NCBI RefSeq assembly: GCF_937906905.1
Contig: NZ_CALERY010000034.1
Coordinates: 10,401-74,400, forward strand
DNA length: 64,000 nt
Origin: an uncultured Helicobacter sp.
GTDB taxonomy: Bacteria > Campylobacterota > Campylobacteria > Campylobacterales > Helicobacteraceae
Direction of reading: 5' to 3'
Below the pieces are notes generated by a model. That model did not search any database. It was not told the origin of the DNA and was given only the letters and a program-made list of their open reading frames with translations. Below, piece by piece: positions 46,902-57,578 of this stretch (position 1 is its first letter; the number at the start of each line of letters is the position of its first letter). A program made the position numbers and the translations under genes.

Positions 46902-47572
46902 GTATCATCACAGCTAGCAATCTCACGCTTGGCTATCAGCGTGAAGAGCCTGTCATTGTCAATGCGAGTTTCACAATCAATCGCAAGGATTTTGTTTTTA
47001 TCTCAGGACCTAGTGGGAGCGGGAAAAGCACGCTGCTAAGCTCGCTCTATGGCGCGCTCACTCCTATGAGTGGGAATCTAAGCGTATGCGACATCAATCT
47101 TACTAAGCATAAAGAGCGCAATATCCAGCGCCTAAGGCAGAAAATCGGCATAGTGTTTCAAGACTATAAGCTCATCGAGGAGTGGAATGTTGAGAAAAAT
47201 ATCGCGCTTCCTATGCTTATCAATGGCTATAAAAAAGACGCTTGCGATGCCCAGACAGAAAAGCTGCTTTCACATATCGGGCTATTACACAAAGCCAGCA
47301 AACACCCACTTGAGCTTAGTGGTGGAGAGCAGCAGCGTGTGGCTATGGCGCGCGCAATCGCTCATCGCCCGGCGCTGATTTTAGCTGATGAGCCTACTGG
47401 AAATCTCGATGATTTCTCCAGTGATATGATTTGGAGCTTGCTAAAAAGCGCCAATGAGCAGCTAGATATTACAGTGCTTGTCGTTACTCACCGCGTCCCT
47501 ATGCGCACTAATATCTCCTATCGACACTTGTTTATTGATCGAGAAAGGAATACTATCTATGAACAGCATTAA
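46898..47572 (+). CDS. ftsE: cell-division ABC transporter ATP-binding protein FtsE
   Basis: 224 aa. Walker A 'GPSGSGKST', signature 'LSGGEQQRV', Walker B 'ILADEPTGNLD'. Confidence 0.9.
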   Translation: MSIITASNLTLGYQREEPVIVNASFTINRKDFVFISGPSGSGKSTLLSSLYGALTPMSGNLSVCDINLTKHKERNIQRLRQKIGIVFQDYKLIEEWNVEKNIALPMLINGYKKDACDAQTEKLLSHIGLLHKASKHPLELSGGEQQRVAMARAIAHRPALILADEPTGNLDDFSSDMIWSLLKSANEQLDITVLVVTHRVPMRTNISYRHLFIDRERNTIYEQH

Positions 47573-48368
47573 ACAGCACTTTTTTCTTCTTTTGCCTCTG
47601 CTTGCGTTGCTATTTAGCTTGGAGAGTTTTTTGTTTATCAGCCGTGCGATTGTAAGCAAAGAAGACAAGCTCTTGCAAAATTACTCAATTGTGATTGCGA
47701 GCAAGAAAAAGCTCTCGCTGGAGTTTATCAGGCAAAATATCCCAGAGACAGCTTCGTTTGAGTCAATTGATCCAGGTTTTATCCTCGATAAAATCCGCGC
47801 AAACATGAATAACGAAGATTTTGAAAACATCAAAAAAGATCTTTCGTTTTACTACACGCTAAAGCTTGATTCTTTTCCTAGTCAAGCCCGTCTTAGCAGT
47901 ATAGAATCTACGCTTGGCAAAATCCCTGGAATTGAGCGCACAGAATCATTTGCCAAAACACATAATCAAGCCTATCGGCTGCTATTTTTGATTAAGTTTA
48001 GCATACAGACATTTGCGCTTATTTTGGGGCTACTTAGCATACTGCTGATGATTGATCAAATTAGAATCTGGCATTTTGAGCATAATAAGCGTATGCAGAT
48101 TATGGGCTATCTGGGCGCTAGTATGTGGATGAAAAATAGCTTTTTATTTAAAGGCGCAATTTATGATGCGATCATCGCAGCAGTGGCGGTGAGTGTGGGG
48201 TTTTTGTATTTTTCTACGACAAATGCTGCTAAGGAAATGCTTGGTGCGTTGGAGATTGGGCAAGAGATTTTTAGCTTTGGGCTGGATTTTGGGATTTTGC
48301 TAGGCGCATCTATTGGTATATGTATGCTGTGTGCGCTGATTGCCATTATGCTACAAAGAAAGGTTTAA
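47559..48368 (+). CDS. ftsX: cell-division permease FtsX-like
   Basis: Start at ATG 47559 (MNSIKQHFF...). One N-terminal and three C-terminal TM helices around a periplasmic domain. Overlaps the ftsE stop. Confidence 0.75.
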   Translation: MNSIKQHFFLLLPLLALLFSLESFLFISRAIVSKEDKLLQNYSIVIASKKKLSLEFIRQNIPETASFESIDPGFILDKIRANMNNEDFENIKKDLSFYYTLKLDSFPSQARLSSIESTLGKIPGIERTESFAKTHNQAYRLLFLIKFSIQTFALILGLLSILLMIDQIRIWHFEHNKRMQIMGYLGASMWMKNSFLFKGAIYDAIIAAVAVSVGFLYFSTTNAAKEMLGALEIGQEIFSFGLDFGILLGASIGICMLCALIAIMLQRKV

Positions 48369-48369
48369 A

Positions 48370-49686
48370 ATGCGCGCCTTTGCTCCGCTGCTTTGCCTAG
48401 CACTGCTGACTTCTCTGGACGCTAATCCTAAAAAGCTTGAAGACATCGAGAAAGACATCAGTGCCAATAGACAAAAACTTGAAGAAAAAGCAAAAGAAGA
48501 GAAGCAAATTACATCTCGATTAGGCTCGCTTGGCAACACGATCAATGCGCGCAAAAAACAAATCATCAATCTCAAAGAGCAAATTGCATTTCTACAAAAA
48601 AGCATAACGCAAAATCAAAGCCAAAACCAAAGCCAAGAACGCAAGCTTGAGTCCCTGCGCAAAACCTTGCAGTCGCTCGAGGGCGAGAAAAGTGCCACAC
48701 AAGCCTATATTGCTAATATTATTATCAAGGATTTGGCATTTTTGCTAATCCTTGATAAGCAGAGTGTCATTTCGCCCGATGATGTGATCCTCGAAGATGT
48801 ATTTGATATTTTAACCAAGCAGAGTCAGGGCAAGATTCTGTCCCTAAGCGAGAAGCAAAATAAAATCACAAGCCAAATGGGTCTTATCACCAATAATATT
48901 AACGAGATTACCACGCTTATTGGCACCCAGCAGAATAAAAAAGAACAGCTGCAAAAAATGATTACTGAGCAAAATCTTCTCAACGAAAAGCTCCAAGCCG
49001 AGCTCAATGCCTATAATCAAAAACTAATCCAAATCTCCAAAGAGCGTGAAGGGCTGGATTCTATCCTCCAAAATCTCAACATCATCAAAGCCGATAGACA
49101 AAAAGAGCTTGAAAGACAGCGCCAAGCCCTAATTGCTGCCCAAAAAGCCCAGGCTGAAAAAGAAGCTAGAGAAGCTGCGCAAAGAAACGCCGCCCAAAGC
49201 ACCAAGCCCCAGGATCCATCGCAAGGTCTTTCAAAAGAGGACCTAAAAATCGTGCAAGTGGCAAACAGCTACAAAAATGTTTCTGTCGTCAAATACACAG
49301 GTCCCAAGACCATAGCGCCAATTGACTATTACACAATCGAGCAAAATTTCGGTCCCTATCATGACCCAGTCTATAATCTTAAGGTCTTCAATGAGTCAAT
49401 CACACTGCTTTCTAAAGTCCCAGATGTCGCGGTGAAAAATATCATGGACGGCAAGGTTGTCTATGCTAAAGAAGCCCCTGTGCTTAAAAAGGTTGTCATT
49501 ATCGAGCATAGCAACGAGGTCTATACGATCTACTCGCAGCTCGATAGGATTGCCCCCACTGTGAAGCCAGGCTTTGTTGTCCAAAAGGGTTATACCATCG
49601 GTAGAATCTCCCAGCGACTTGGTCTAGAGATCACCCAGCAGGATAAACATATCAATCCTGTCGAAGTTATCGCCAAAAGCAAATAG
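48370..49686 (+). CDS. envC: EnvC-like murein hydrolase activator (coiled coil + LytM domain)
   Basis: Start at ATG 48370 with signal 'MRAFAPLLCLALLTSLDA'. Long Q/K/E-rich coiled coil and a C-terminal M23-like domain lacking an obvious HxH. Sits downstream of ftsEX. Confidence 0.75.
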   Translation: MRAFAPLLCLALLTSLDANPKKLEDIEKDISANRQKLEEKAKEEKQITSRLGSLGNTINARKKQIINLKEQIAFLQKSITQNQSQNQSQERKLESLRKTLQSLEGEKSATQAYIANIIIKDLAFLLILDKQSVISPDDVILEDVFDILTKQSQGKILSLSEKQNKITSQMGLITNNINEITTLIGTQQNKKEQLQKMITEQNLLNEKLQAELNAYNQKLIQISKEREGLDSILQNLNIIKADRQKELERQRQALIAAQKAQAEKEAREAAQRNAAQSTKPQDPSQGLSKEDLKIVQVANSYKNVSVVKYTGPKTIAPIDYYTIEQNFGPYHDPVYNLKVFNESITLLSKVPDVAVKNIMDGKVVYAKEAPVLKKVVIIEHSNEVYTIYSQLDRIAPTVKPGFVVQKGYTIGRISQRLGLEITQQDKHINPVEVIAKSK

Positions 49687-49732
49687 GAGCTACGCTAAAT
49701 TAGAATAAGTGCGCAAAAATTTGTAAAAATAC

Positions 49733-49758
49733 TAAACAATTTTAAAAAATCGCCGATA
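49733..49758 (+). promoter_or_regulatory. sigma28 (FliA)-type promoter for the flaG-fliD-fliS-fliT operon
   Basis: TAAA (49733..49736), 15 nt, then GCCGATA (49752..49758). This matches TAAA-N15-GCCGATAA and lies about 40 nt upstream of flaG. Confidence 0.7.
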
Positions 49759-49795
49759 GTAGTGTTACCTAAGCTAAAATCACAAGGAGGTTGTC

Positions 49796-50176
49796 ATGGC
49801 AGAGGTAAATACAAATCAGGTATCTTCTATCAAAAACACGCTTTATGGTATGGTAAATAGCGCAGGACAAGCCTATAAACAAGATTCTATGCAGGCTTCA
49901 AATGCAAAGGCGGCAAATTCTACTCAAGTTCAGCGCGATGAGACGCATACTCGTGGTGAGCTTATACATACAGCAAAAGAAATCAATAAAAAAATGGAGC
50001 ATATTGGTGCTGACATTAACTTCAGCTATAACGATGATATTGGCGGACTTGTCGTAACTGTGAAAGATCCAAGCAATGGTGGCAAGGTGATTCGCGAAAT
50101 CCCTAGCAAAGAAGCCATTGAGCTCACAAAGAAAATGCACGAAGTAGTCGGGCTTATATTTGATAAGGAAGTGTAG
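49796..50176 (+). CDS. flaG: flagellar protein FlaG
   Basis: 126 aa. C-terminal 'F.Y.DDIGGLVVTVKD...G.VIREIPSKEAIEL' FlaG pattern. SD AAGGAGG. Confidence 0.85.
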   Translation: MAEVNTNQVSSIKNTLYGMVNSAGQAYKQDSMQASNAKAANSTQVQRDETHTRGELIHTAKEINKKMEHIGADINFSYNDDIGGLVVTVKDPSNGGKVIREIPSKEAIELTKKMHEVVGLIFDKEV

Positions 50177-50217
50177 AGTCTAGCTAGGATCAAAGAGCTG
50201 ATTGTGGGAGATTGGGT

Positions 50218-52245
50218 ATGGCAGTAGGTAGGATTAACTCATTAGGGGTTGGTAGTGGCGTATTGAGTTATGATGTCATCGATAAGCTGCGCGAAGCAGA
50301 TGAAAAGGCGATGATCCGCCCCATAGAGCGTAAAATGGAGCAAAATGTCGAGAAGCAAACGGCACTTACAGAGATTAAGACGCTAGTCTCTGGTATCCGC
50401 ACGCCTACCAAGATTCTCGCAGACTACTCCTCTTATCTAGGGCGCACAACCAATGTCAATAGCGATGCGATCAAAGCTACCGTGGCTAGTGGTGTGCCTA
50501 TCCAGGATATTAAAATCGATGTTCATCAGCTCGCCCAGGGTGATATCAATGAAGTTGGTGGAAAGTTTGAAAGCAGGGATAGTGTCTTTAGCGAAAATGA
50601 TGTCAATCTTAGCTTCTATACCCAGGGAAGAACCTATAATATCGCCATAAAAGGTGGTATGAGCGTGGGAGATGTCGCCCAGCTGGTTACCGATGAGACA
50701 AATGGTGAAGTAACAGGTTTGGTAATGAAAACAGGTGGGAGCAAGCCCTACCAGCTTATGCTAAATTCTAAAGGCATGGGCGATCAGAGCAGAATCTACT
50801 TTGGCACCACGCTTACGACAAATATCAATGCTGATAAGCAGCTAGACTTGGGCGATGGGGATTTGGTGCTGAAGCTCACAGACAAAAACGGCAACGAACA
50901 ATCGCTTGATATTAAGCTAAAAACCGATGGCACAGGTGATAGTGCGCTTGCGATTAAGGAAGCTATACGAGAAGCCATAGAATCTAATAGTGAGCTCAAA
51001 GACTTGCTTGATAGCGATATCAATGTCGGGCTGGATAAAGATGGTAAAGGGTTGGTGATAAATGACTTGCGAGGGCATGCCATAAGTGTGGAGGGCGAGA
51101 AAGCTAGCTTACTGGGATTCCGCAATACCCAAGCCACACAAGAGCCACTTATAGAATCTAGCACCGCTGTCAAGGCTGGTAAGCTTAGTGGTGTGGTGAT
51201 GATTGGTAGTGTGCCGCTTGATCTTAGCAAAATGACCAAAGACAAAAACACCAGCGAGCAAAATGCCCAAATCATCGCCCAAGCCATAGAAAATATCGCG
51301 GGCATGCACGCCAAGACTGATGGTGCAGGCAAGCTTACGCTCACATCTGAAGTAGGCGAGATCAAAATCCAAGCCCAAGATGACGCTAGCAAGCAGGCTG
51401 TGCAGGATTTGGGACTGCGGACAGGCGTGATACAAGGTTACTCCAAGCTCCAAGATAGCCTATTTAAAATCAAAAATATTCAGCAAGGGCAAGATGCGCT
51501 CATCTCTTATAATGGAGCGCAAATCTCGCGTCCTAGCAATGAGATAAACGATGTTGTAGGCGGTGTGTCTATGACTTTACAATCCACCACAGAGCCTGGT
51601 AAGCCAGCTATCATTAGTATAGGCAGAGATGATGCAAATATCATCGAACAGGTGAAAGAGTTTGTCAAAGCCTACAACGAGCTTGTGTCAAAGCTTAATG
51701 AAACCACGCGTTATGATGAGGACACAAGTATTGCTGGTGTGTTTAATGGCGTGAGTGATATCCGCACAATCCGCTCTTCGCTTAATTCTTTCATTAGTCA
51801 TTCTGAGCTTACAGATGGCAAGCTTGCAAGCCTTGTGAATTATGGAATTACACTTAATGACAAAGGCGTGATGTTTCTTGATGAGGGGGCGCTCACGAGT
51901 GCGGTCGCCGCAGATCCAAAGGGCACGGAGGAGTTTTTCTATGGCAAAGATAAAGAAGATGCCTTTGGCAAAGAGACACATATCGATGGAGTTTTTACTA
52001 AAATCGATAAATTTTTAGCGAGTTTAGCCGATGGTAGTAATTCAAGGCTCGAAGCATTTGGCTCATCATTAGAGCGCGATGCCAAAACCTTGCAAAAAGA
52101 CAAGAAAAGTGCGACAGAATTGCTCGATACGCGCTACGAAGCCATGGCAAACCGCTTTGCTGCGTATGATAGCCAGATTGCCAAGACGAAAAATGCTTTT
52201 GGCTCTGTGCAGATGATGATCGATCAATCTGTTGCTAAAAAGTAG
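50218..52245 (+). CDS. fliD: flagellar filament capping protein FliD
   Basis: About 675 aa. N-terminal 'GVGSGVLSYDVIDKLREAD' and C-terminal 'RYEAMANRFAAYDSQIAK' FliD termini. Confidence 0.9.
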   Translation: MAVGRINSLGVGSGVLSYDVIDKLREADEKAMIRPIERKMEQNVEKQTALTEIKTLVSGIRTPTKILADYSSYLGRTTNVNSDAIKATVASGVPIQDIKIDVHQLAQGDINEVGGKFESRDSVFSENDVNLSFYTQGRTYNIAIKGGMSVGDVAQLVTDETNGEVTGLVMKTGGSKPYQLMLNSKGMGDQSRIYFGTTLTTNINADKQLDLGDGDLVLKLTDKNGNEQSLDIKLKTDGTGDSALAIKEAIREAIESNSELKDLLDSDINVGLDKDGKGLVINDLRGHAISVEGEKASLLGFRNTQATQEPLIESSTAVKAGKLSGVVMIGSVPLDLSKMTKDKNTSEQNAQIIAQAIENIAGMHAKTDGAGKLTLTSEVGEIKIQAQDDASKQAVQDLGLRTGVIQGYSKLQDSLFKIKNIQQGQDALISYNGAQISRPSNEINDVVGGVSMTLQSTTEPGKPAIISIGRDDANIIEQVKEFVKAYNELVSKLNETTRYDEDTSIAGVFNGVSDIRTIRSSLNSFISHSELTDGKLASLVNYGITLNDKGVMFLDEGALTSAVAADPKGTEEFFYGKDKEDAFGKETHIDGVFTKIDKFLASLADGSNSRLEAFGSSLERDAKTLQKDKKSATELLDTRYEAMANRFAAYDSQIAKTKNAFGSVQMMIDQSVAKK

Positions 52246-52268
52246 CAATCAGCTAGTAAAGGACACTT

Positions 52269-52646
52269 ATGAGAAGCAACGCCTATAACCTCTATCAGCA
52301 CAATGAAGTCGCCGTAGAATCTCCAGCCAAGCTTATCGAAATGCTTTATGAGGGGATTTTACGATTTTGCGGGCAGGCTAAGCGCCATATGGAGCTAGGC
52401 GACATTGAGAAGAAAATCTACTACATCAACCGCGTTACTGACATTTTCACCGAGCTACTTAATGTCTTAGATTATGAGCGAGGTGGTGAGGTGGCGACTT
52501 ATCTCACCGGGCTTTATACCCACCAGATAAAGCTTCTCACCCAAGCGAATTTCGAGGATAACCAAGAGAAAATCGATATTGTCATCAATGTCGCTAAAGG
52601 CTTGCTTGAAGCATGGAGAGAAATTCATCAAAATGAGCTGGCTTAA
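52269..52646 (+). CDS. fliS: flagellin-specific chaperone FliS
   Basis: 125 aa. 'YQHNEV...SPAKLIEMLYEG' and 'I..LLEAW' pattern. Confidence 0.9.
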   Translation: MRSNAYNLYQHNEVAVESPAKLIEMLYEGILRFCGQAKRHMELGDIEKKIYYINRVTDIFTELLNVLDYERGGEVATYLTGLYTHQIKLLTQANFEDNQEKIDIVINVAKGLLEAWREIHQNELA

Positions 52647-52860
52647 TGGCATAAAAGTCGCGCTTATCCAAAAAGACGCGCAAAAGGCATTTGCTTATAT
52701 CCAAGAGTTGCCAGAGTCCTTTGCAGGTCTTGAGGAAATGCTTGAGGCAAGAGAGCTTATCGCCCAAGTCATTGATTTGCTCGAAGAAGAAAAAAACCAC
52801 ACCAGAATCCAAATGCTACAAATAAAGGCTGCGAAAAAATTTCTCGAGATAAATGGCTAG
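52633..52860 (+). CDS. small helical protein in the FliT position (putative FliD chaperone)
   Basis: 75 aa from ATG 52633, overlapping the fliS stop. Assigned by position, following the H. pylori fliD-fliS-fliT order. No diagnostic motif. Confidence 0.35.
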   Translation: MSWLNGIKVALIQKDAQKAFAYIQELPESFAGLEEMLEARELIAQVIDLLEEEKNHTRIQMLQIKAAKKFLEING

Positions 52861-52867
52861 GCTCTAC

Positions 52868-52891
52868 CTAGAATCTAGTTTGAGATTCTAG
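52868..52891. terminator. hairpin made of two inverted copies of the abundant motif, between convergent genes
   Basis: ctagaatct (52868..52876), loop agtttg, agattctag (52883..52891). The stem is 9 bp and perfect. No U-run follows, so terminator function is uncertain. Confidence 0.3.
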
Positions 52892-52973
52892 CACTTTGGG
52901 TATTTGTGGCTAGATTTTGGTTATCAAGCAGTCCCAATCTTATATCTACTACTCATCTTGTAAAATCTTGAAT

Positions 52974-53663
52974 CTACCTAAATGGCTTATAAAATGCGTG
53001 CGATGGAGTCGTGGCGAGAGCGAGCATTTCTCTATCGCCTTTGCTATCGCCATAGACATAGATTTCTGTATATGTGTCTAAAACATAGTGCGCGCGGATT
53101 CTTATGGCTTTTTGTGCGCCATAGCAGTTTGGCGTGGCAAAATCTCCACTTAATATCCCCCCACTCATCGCATTTTCTCCAGAATTTGGCGCATTAGTGC
53201 TGGATTGTCGCACACTAGAATCTAGGCTCTTAGAATCTAGCCCATTAGATTCTGGCAGGACTACTTCTAGTTGTGTGCCAATACACTCCATGCCAAGCCT
53301 TTGACATAGCGGCGCAAGGTATTCCTCGAAGCTCGCGCTTACTAGCACTACTTTGTCTCCGCGTTGTTTGTGCCACTCTAGGCGATCTAGGGCGGATTCT
53401 CTTAGCATGGATTCTAGCACGCTTGTGAAGCGCTCGCAGTATCCTATAAACTCCGCATGCTCCATTCCAGCAAAAAAATATCGCATGAGCGCTTGCTTGG
53501 CGGCAGTATTGCTAATAAGCCCTAGTATGTATCCTACTAGAATCCAGCAGCGCGAGAGTAGCCCGCGATAGAGTCGCCCACGCCCATGCACAAATGCCAC
53601 AAATGCAAAGAGACTATCGCGCCGAGTCAAGGTGCCATCAAAATCGAAAAACGCTATATTCAT
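52974..53663 (-). CDS. HAD-IB family hydrolase (phosphoserine-phosphatase-like)
   Basis: 229 aa. 'IAFFDFDGTLT', 'VLVSAS', 'YGDSKGDREML'. Contains a motif-coded insertion 'LPESNGLDSKSLDSSVRQSS'. Confidence 0.7.
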   Translation of the reverse strand: MNIAFFDFDGTLTRRDSLFAFVAFVHGRGRLYRGLLSRCWILVGYILGLISNTAAKQALMRYFFAGMEHAEFIGYCERFTSVLESMLRESALDRLEWHKQRGDKVVLVSASFEEYLAPLCQRLGMECIGTQLEVVLPESNGLDSKSLDSSVRQSSTNAPNSGENAMSGGILSGDFATPNCYGAQKAIRIRAHYVLDTYTEIYVYGDSKGDREMLALATTPSHAFYKPFR

Positions 53664-53756
53664 GGTAATCCTTTATGATTGGCTTTGTGTGATACATTAG
53701 AGTGATTATTTCGATTTAGATTCTGCGCACCCGCACCAATATTTTGTCTTTCTACG

Positions 53757-55043
53757 CTAAAAGCTTAGGGCAAATTGCAAAAACCACTCTTCCCCCTTTG
53801 CGCTCACATATCGCTGGCGTAGCAGGGTCTCACTCCATGGGTCATTTGGGCGCGCTTCACCGATATTATCAGGTTTGCTGGTGTCAAATTTCGCGCCATC
53901 ATAGCCATACCACCGCTCCTGCGCGATAGGGTAGTAGCTATGTTTGTAGCCAAAGCTAAGTCTCGCAAAGCGCGTGAGATATACACTCACTCCATAGCGT
54001 AGAAATCCCCCGCTCCCAGCAGCGAAAAACGCGTCATTAAGATTGCTTGCTTTGCCTTGTGCAGCAGCGGTGTTTTGCCAGGTTTTATTCTGTGGGTCGC
54101 CTTGGGAAAAGCGCGCGAACTCCGCACCTCCGCCAACAAACACACCAAGCTTGATATATGTCAGTCGTGAGGCGAAAAACCCATCGCCTAGGTAGAATCC
54201 AGCCCAGCGCTTGAGCGCGTAGTCGATAGGGAGATTGAGCAGGGCATCAATACCAAGCGCGAAGCTTAGGTATTTGCCATCTTGTGGAGCAAGCTGCGCT
54301 GCGTCGGGGGTCTTTTGAAATGTGAAAGAGTCCTCGACTTTGGTATTTGGGAGACTTGGGTGCTGCCCCATGATAAGGATTCCGCATTTATCTAGCGCTG
54401 CTTGTGGGGCTGGAGCTGTCATAACGCCCGTTTCTTTATCGTAGGTGGGATTACCCCATGCAGTGTTTTTGTCTAGGCAGATTTGATAGGCTTCTTGCAG
54501 GTTATTTGTAGTCGTATCGCGCTTGTCGCTGCCTTGAATCTTGCTCCCAAGCGAGCCGTTGCGCTGGGACATTTCGCCAAAAAGCCGCACCCCGATGATA
54601 TGAAATCTGTCAAAAAAGTATTCCGCACCAAGCTCTAAGCTCATGCCGCTATCAAACATTCCCTGGTATGAGGCGCTTGTAGTATCGCCTGTGCAGAGCT
54701 GGTCGGGGCAGGTGGCGACTTCTTTGCTCATGCTTTGGCGCACATTTGTGGCATTGCTGCTTGCGCTGACAAGCCCCATGGCGACATAGGGGTGGAGGAT
54801 ATCTCCAAAAAGCCACTGCTTTTTGGGATTAGATTCTACATAGGCGTTAGAATCTAGTGTCTTTGGATCAAGCGCTTTGTGAGAGTGCTTGCGCACTTTG
54901 GGTGGCTCGGCAGGGATTGTAGATTCTGGAGGCGTGGCAGAATCTAGCTGTGCAAAGGATTGGATTGGGCTTTCTTTGGGATTTGTGGCATGGAGGCTGG
55001 CAGAGCAGAGAAGAGATAGCGAGATACACTGCAGTAGATTCAT
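53757..55043 (-). CDS. outer-membrane beta-barrel protein
   Basis: Start moved to the internal ATG at 55043, giving signal 'MNLLQCISLSLLCSASLHA'. Alternating-hydrophobic C-terminal strands end in '...FLQFALSF'. Confidence 0.65.
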   Translation of the reverse strand: MNLLQCISLSLLCSASLHATNPKESPIQSFAQLDSATPPESTIPAEPPKVRKHSHKALDPKTLDSNAYVESNPKKQWLFGDILHPYVAMGLVSASSNATNVRQSMSKEVATCPDQLCTGDTTSASYQGMFDSGMSLELGAEYFFDRFHIIGVRLFGEMSQRNGSLGSKIQGSDKRDTTTNNLQEAYQICLDKNTAWGNPTYDKETGVMTAPAPQAALDKCGILIMGQHPSLPNTKVEDSFTFQKTPDAAQLAPQDGKYLSFALGIDALLNLPIDYALKRWAGFYLGDGFFASRLTYIKLGVFVGGGAEFARFSQGDPQNKTWQNTAAAQGKASNLNDAFFAAGSGGFLRYGVSVYLTRFARLSFGYKHSYYPIAQERWYGYDGAKFDTSKPDNIGEARPNDPWSETLLRQRYVSAKGEEWFLQFALSF

Positions 55044-55105
55044 GCTGATTTGGCTAGTGCTTTGGCATGTGCTGTTTGTGGTATTTGGGTGAGATTCTAG
55101 GCTCA

Positions 55106-56140
55106 TTAGACACTTCTTTTGTTAAGCTCAACTATGGGCGCACTGCCCCACTCTAGCGGTGTCAAAGCAAAAAACTCCTCAATACACTCGCGCATAATTT
55201 TTGGCTGCGTGATAGAATTTACCACACTGCGAAATGCGCTCGCACCCTCATGACCTTTGGCATAGGCATGTAGATTTTTGCGAAACATCACCACCCCGCG
55301 ATCCCCATAGAATCTAACCATAGAGTCAAAATGCTCGAGCACGAGCTCTTGCTTGATAATGCAAGGCAGCTCTTCGCTCCCCTCGCGGATCTGCCAGAAA
55401 ATCCACGGGCTTACCAGTGCTGCACGCCCGATCATAAGCCCATCTGCGCCCGTGCGATTAAGCACTTGTTGGGCTTTGGCTGGGGAGTCGATTTCGCCAT
55501 TTGCGATGAGCGGGTGGCGGCAGGCAGACTTCATCGCAGCAATAGCATCGTAGTCGATTTTGTCTTTTTTGTAGCCATCTTTGCGTGTCCTGCCATGCAC
55601 CACGACAAAATCCACTGGTGCGTCATTGAGTGCTTGCACGATTTCTAGGGGGATTTTCTGCTCGAAGCCTAGGCGCACCTTTACGCTTGTGTAGCTTGTG
55701 CGACTATGCTCGCGTATAAGTGTGAGTAGTTTCACAAGCAGCGGGAGATCTTGCAGGAGACCGCTGCCATTGCCATGGTTTGCGACTTTGGGCGCAGGGC
55801 AGCCGCAGTTGAAGTCCAAAATATCAATACCGATACGAGTGATTTGCTCATTGATTACATTCACCGCGCGAGTGATGATTTCTGGCTTTGATCCTGCGAT
55901 TTGCACGCTGTATGGGGACTCTGCTGGAGATTTTTCTAGCATTTTGAGCGTTTTGGTGCTGGAGAATGCAAGGGCGTGCGAGCTTACCATTTCACTCACC
56001 GTTACATCTACGCCAAATCGCTTCACCACCGAGCGAAAGGGCAAATCTGTATAGCCAGCAAGGGGTGCTAAGAATAGTAGGGGCTTGGCGCGCGAACCCT
56101 CGTGCAAAAATTTCTGCAAAGAATCTAAGCCCATTGTCAT
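55106..56140 (-). CDS. tRNA-dihydrouridine synthase
   Basis: 344 aa. 'LAPLAGYTDLPFR', 'DFNCGCP', 'VHGRT' motifs. Confidence 0.9.
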   Translation of the reverse strand: MTMGLDSLQKFLHEGSRAKPLLFLAPLAGYTDLPFRSVVKRFGVDVTVSEMVSSHALAFSSTKTLKMLEKSPAESPYSVQIAGSKPEIITRAVNVINEQITRIGIDILDFNCGCPAPKVANHGNGSGLLQDLPLLVKLLTLIREHSRTSYTSVKVRLGFEQKIPLEIVQALNDAPVDFVVVHGRTRKDGYKKDKIDYDAIAAMKSACRHPLIANGEIDSPAKAQQVLNRTGADGLMIGRAALVSPWIFWQIREGSEELPCIIKQELVLEHFDSMVRFYGDRGVVMFRKNLHAYAKGHEGASAFRSVVNSITQPKIMRECIEEFFALTPLEWGSAPIVELNKRSV

Positions 56141-56391
56141 GTAGCAAAATCCATATATTTAAGTGAGATAGAGTGGGCATTATAGCACAAACAATCCCAA
56201 ACGCCTTTGTGCTGGATTTTCTTGAATATATTTAGAGTATTGGATATTTTTCTTGGTAGATATTCTTTCGAGTATGGCGAGTGTGATTGGTAGCCAGACC
56301 AGCGGATTTAAGTGATTTTTTAGCACTTGGGGCTTACAATTTGTCGCTTGAGAAATCTCATGGATACTTTAACCATACTTAAGGAGTAAAT

Positions 56392-57549
56392 ATGCAAGAC
56401 AAGAATGCCACAGAGGCGCTGTTTTCTGAAGTTTCTGCACGGCTTGAGCGTATTGCTAAACTACCTGCACATAATGCAGAGAGATCGCTTGAAAGTGAGC
56501 TAGAGAGTAAAGGGGTCTCTCGACGCGATTTTATGAAATGGGCAGGCGCAATGACGGCGGCACTCTCGCTCCCAGCGAGTTTTGCGCCACTAACAGCGCG
56601 TGCGGCAGAAGTTGCCAATCGCACGCCTGTGATTTGGCTACACATGGCAGAATGCACAGGCTGCAGCGAGAGCCTGCTACGCACAGAAGATCCAAGTGTG
56701 GATTCTATACTCTTTGATATGATCAATCTTGAATATCATGAGACAATCATGGCTGCTTCAGGCTATCAAGCAAGCCAGAATCTAGAAAATGCCATCAAAA
56801 AGCACCATGGCAACTATATTCTCATGGTTGAAGGTGGTATCCCAAAAGGTAATGAGTATTTCTTGACAATTGGTGCAGATGGCACCACAGGTGCGCAGGA
56901 ATGCCGCCACGCCGCAGAAGGTGCTATGGCGATTTTTGCTATTGGGACTTGCTCGAGCTATGGTGGTGTGCAAGCAGCTGCACCAAACCCAACTAACGCC
57001 CAACCACTTGATAAAATCATCTCTAAACCTGTGATTAAAGTCCCTGGCTGCCCACCAAGCGAGAAAAATATCGTAGGTAATGTATTGTATTTCATCATGT
57101 TTGGCAAGACACCTCCAACCGACGCCTTTGGGCGACCGACTTGGGCATATCAGCATAGGATTCACGATCTCTGCGAGCGTAGGGGGCATTTTGATGCGGG
57201 CGAGTTTGTAGAAGCATTTGGCGATAGCAACGCAGAGAAAGGCTACTGCCTCTACAAGGTAGGCTGCAAAGGTCCTTATACTTTCAATAACTGCTCCAAA
57301 CTCCGCTTCAACTCCCACACAAGCTGGCCCATACAAGCAGGACATGGCTGCATTGGCTGCAGTGAGCCAAACTTCTGGGATACGATGAGCCCATTTGAGC
57401 GACCCTTGGGGAATACGCCTTTCCATACCGCATATAATGGCTATGGCGCGGATAAGGCAGCAGATACAATCGGCACCGCAGTGCTTGCAGCTACTGCAGT
57501 AGGAATCGCAGCACATGCTGTAGTATCAAGCATGGTCAAAGCCAAATAA
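56392..57549 (+). CDS. hydA: [NiFe] uptake hydrogenase small subunit (Tat-exported)
   Basis: 385 aa. Twin-arginine 'SRRDFMKWAG', FeS cysteines 'ECTGCSES' and 'GCIGCSEP', C-terminal TM anchor. Confidence 0.95.
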   Translation: MQDKNATEALFSEVSARLERIAKLPAHNAERSLESELESKGVSRRDFMKWAGAMTAALSLPASFAPLTARAAEVANRTPVIWLHMAECTGCSESLLRTEDPSVDSILFDMINLEYHETIMAASGYQASQNLENAIKKHHGNYILMVEGGIPKGNEYFLTIGADGTTGAQECRHAAEGAMAIFAIGTCSSYGGVQAAAPNPTNAQPLDKIISKPVIKVPGCPPSEKNIVGNVLYFIMFGKTPPTDAFGRPTWAYQHRIHDLCERRGHFDAGEFVEAFGDSNAEKGYCLYKVGCKGPYTFNNCSKLRFNSHTSWPIQAGHGCIGCSEPNFWDTMSPFERPLGNTPFHTAYNGYGADKAADTIGTAVLAATAVGIAAHAVVSSMVKAK

Positions 57550-57578
57550 GCGTGCAAAGCAGAATCTAAGGAGAACAC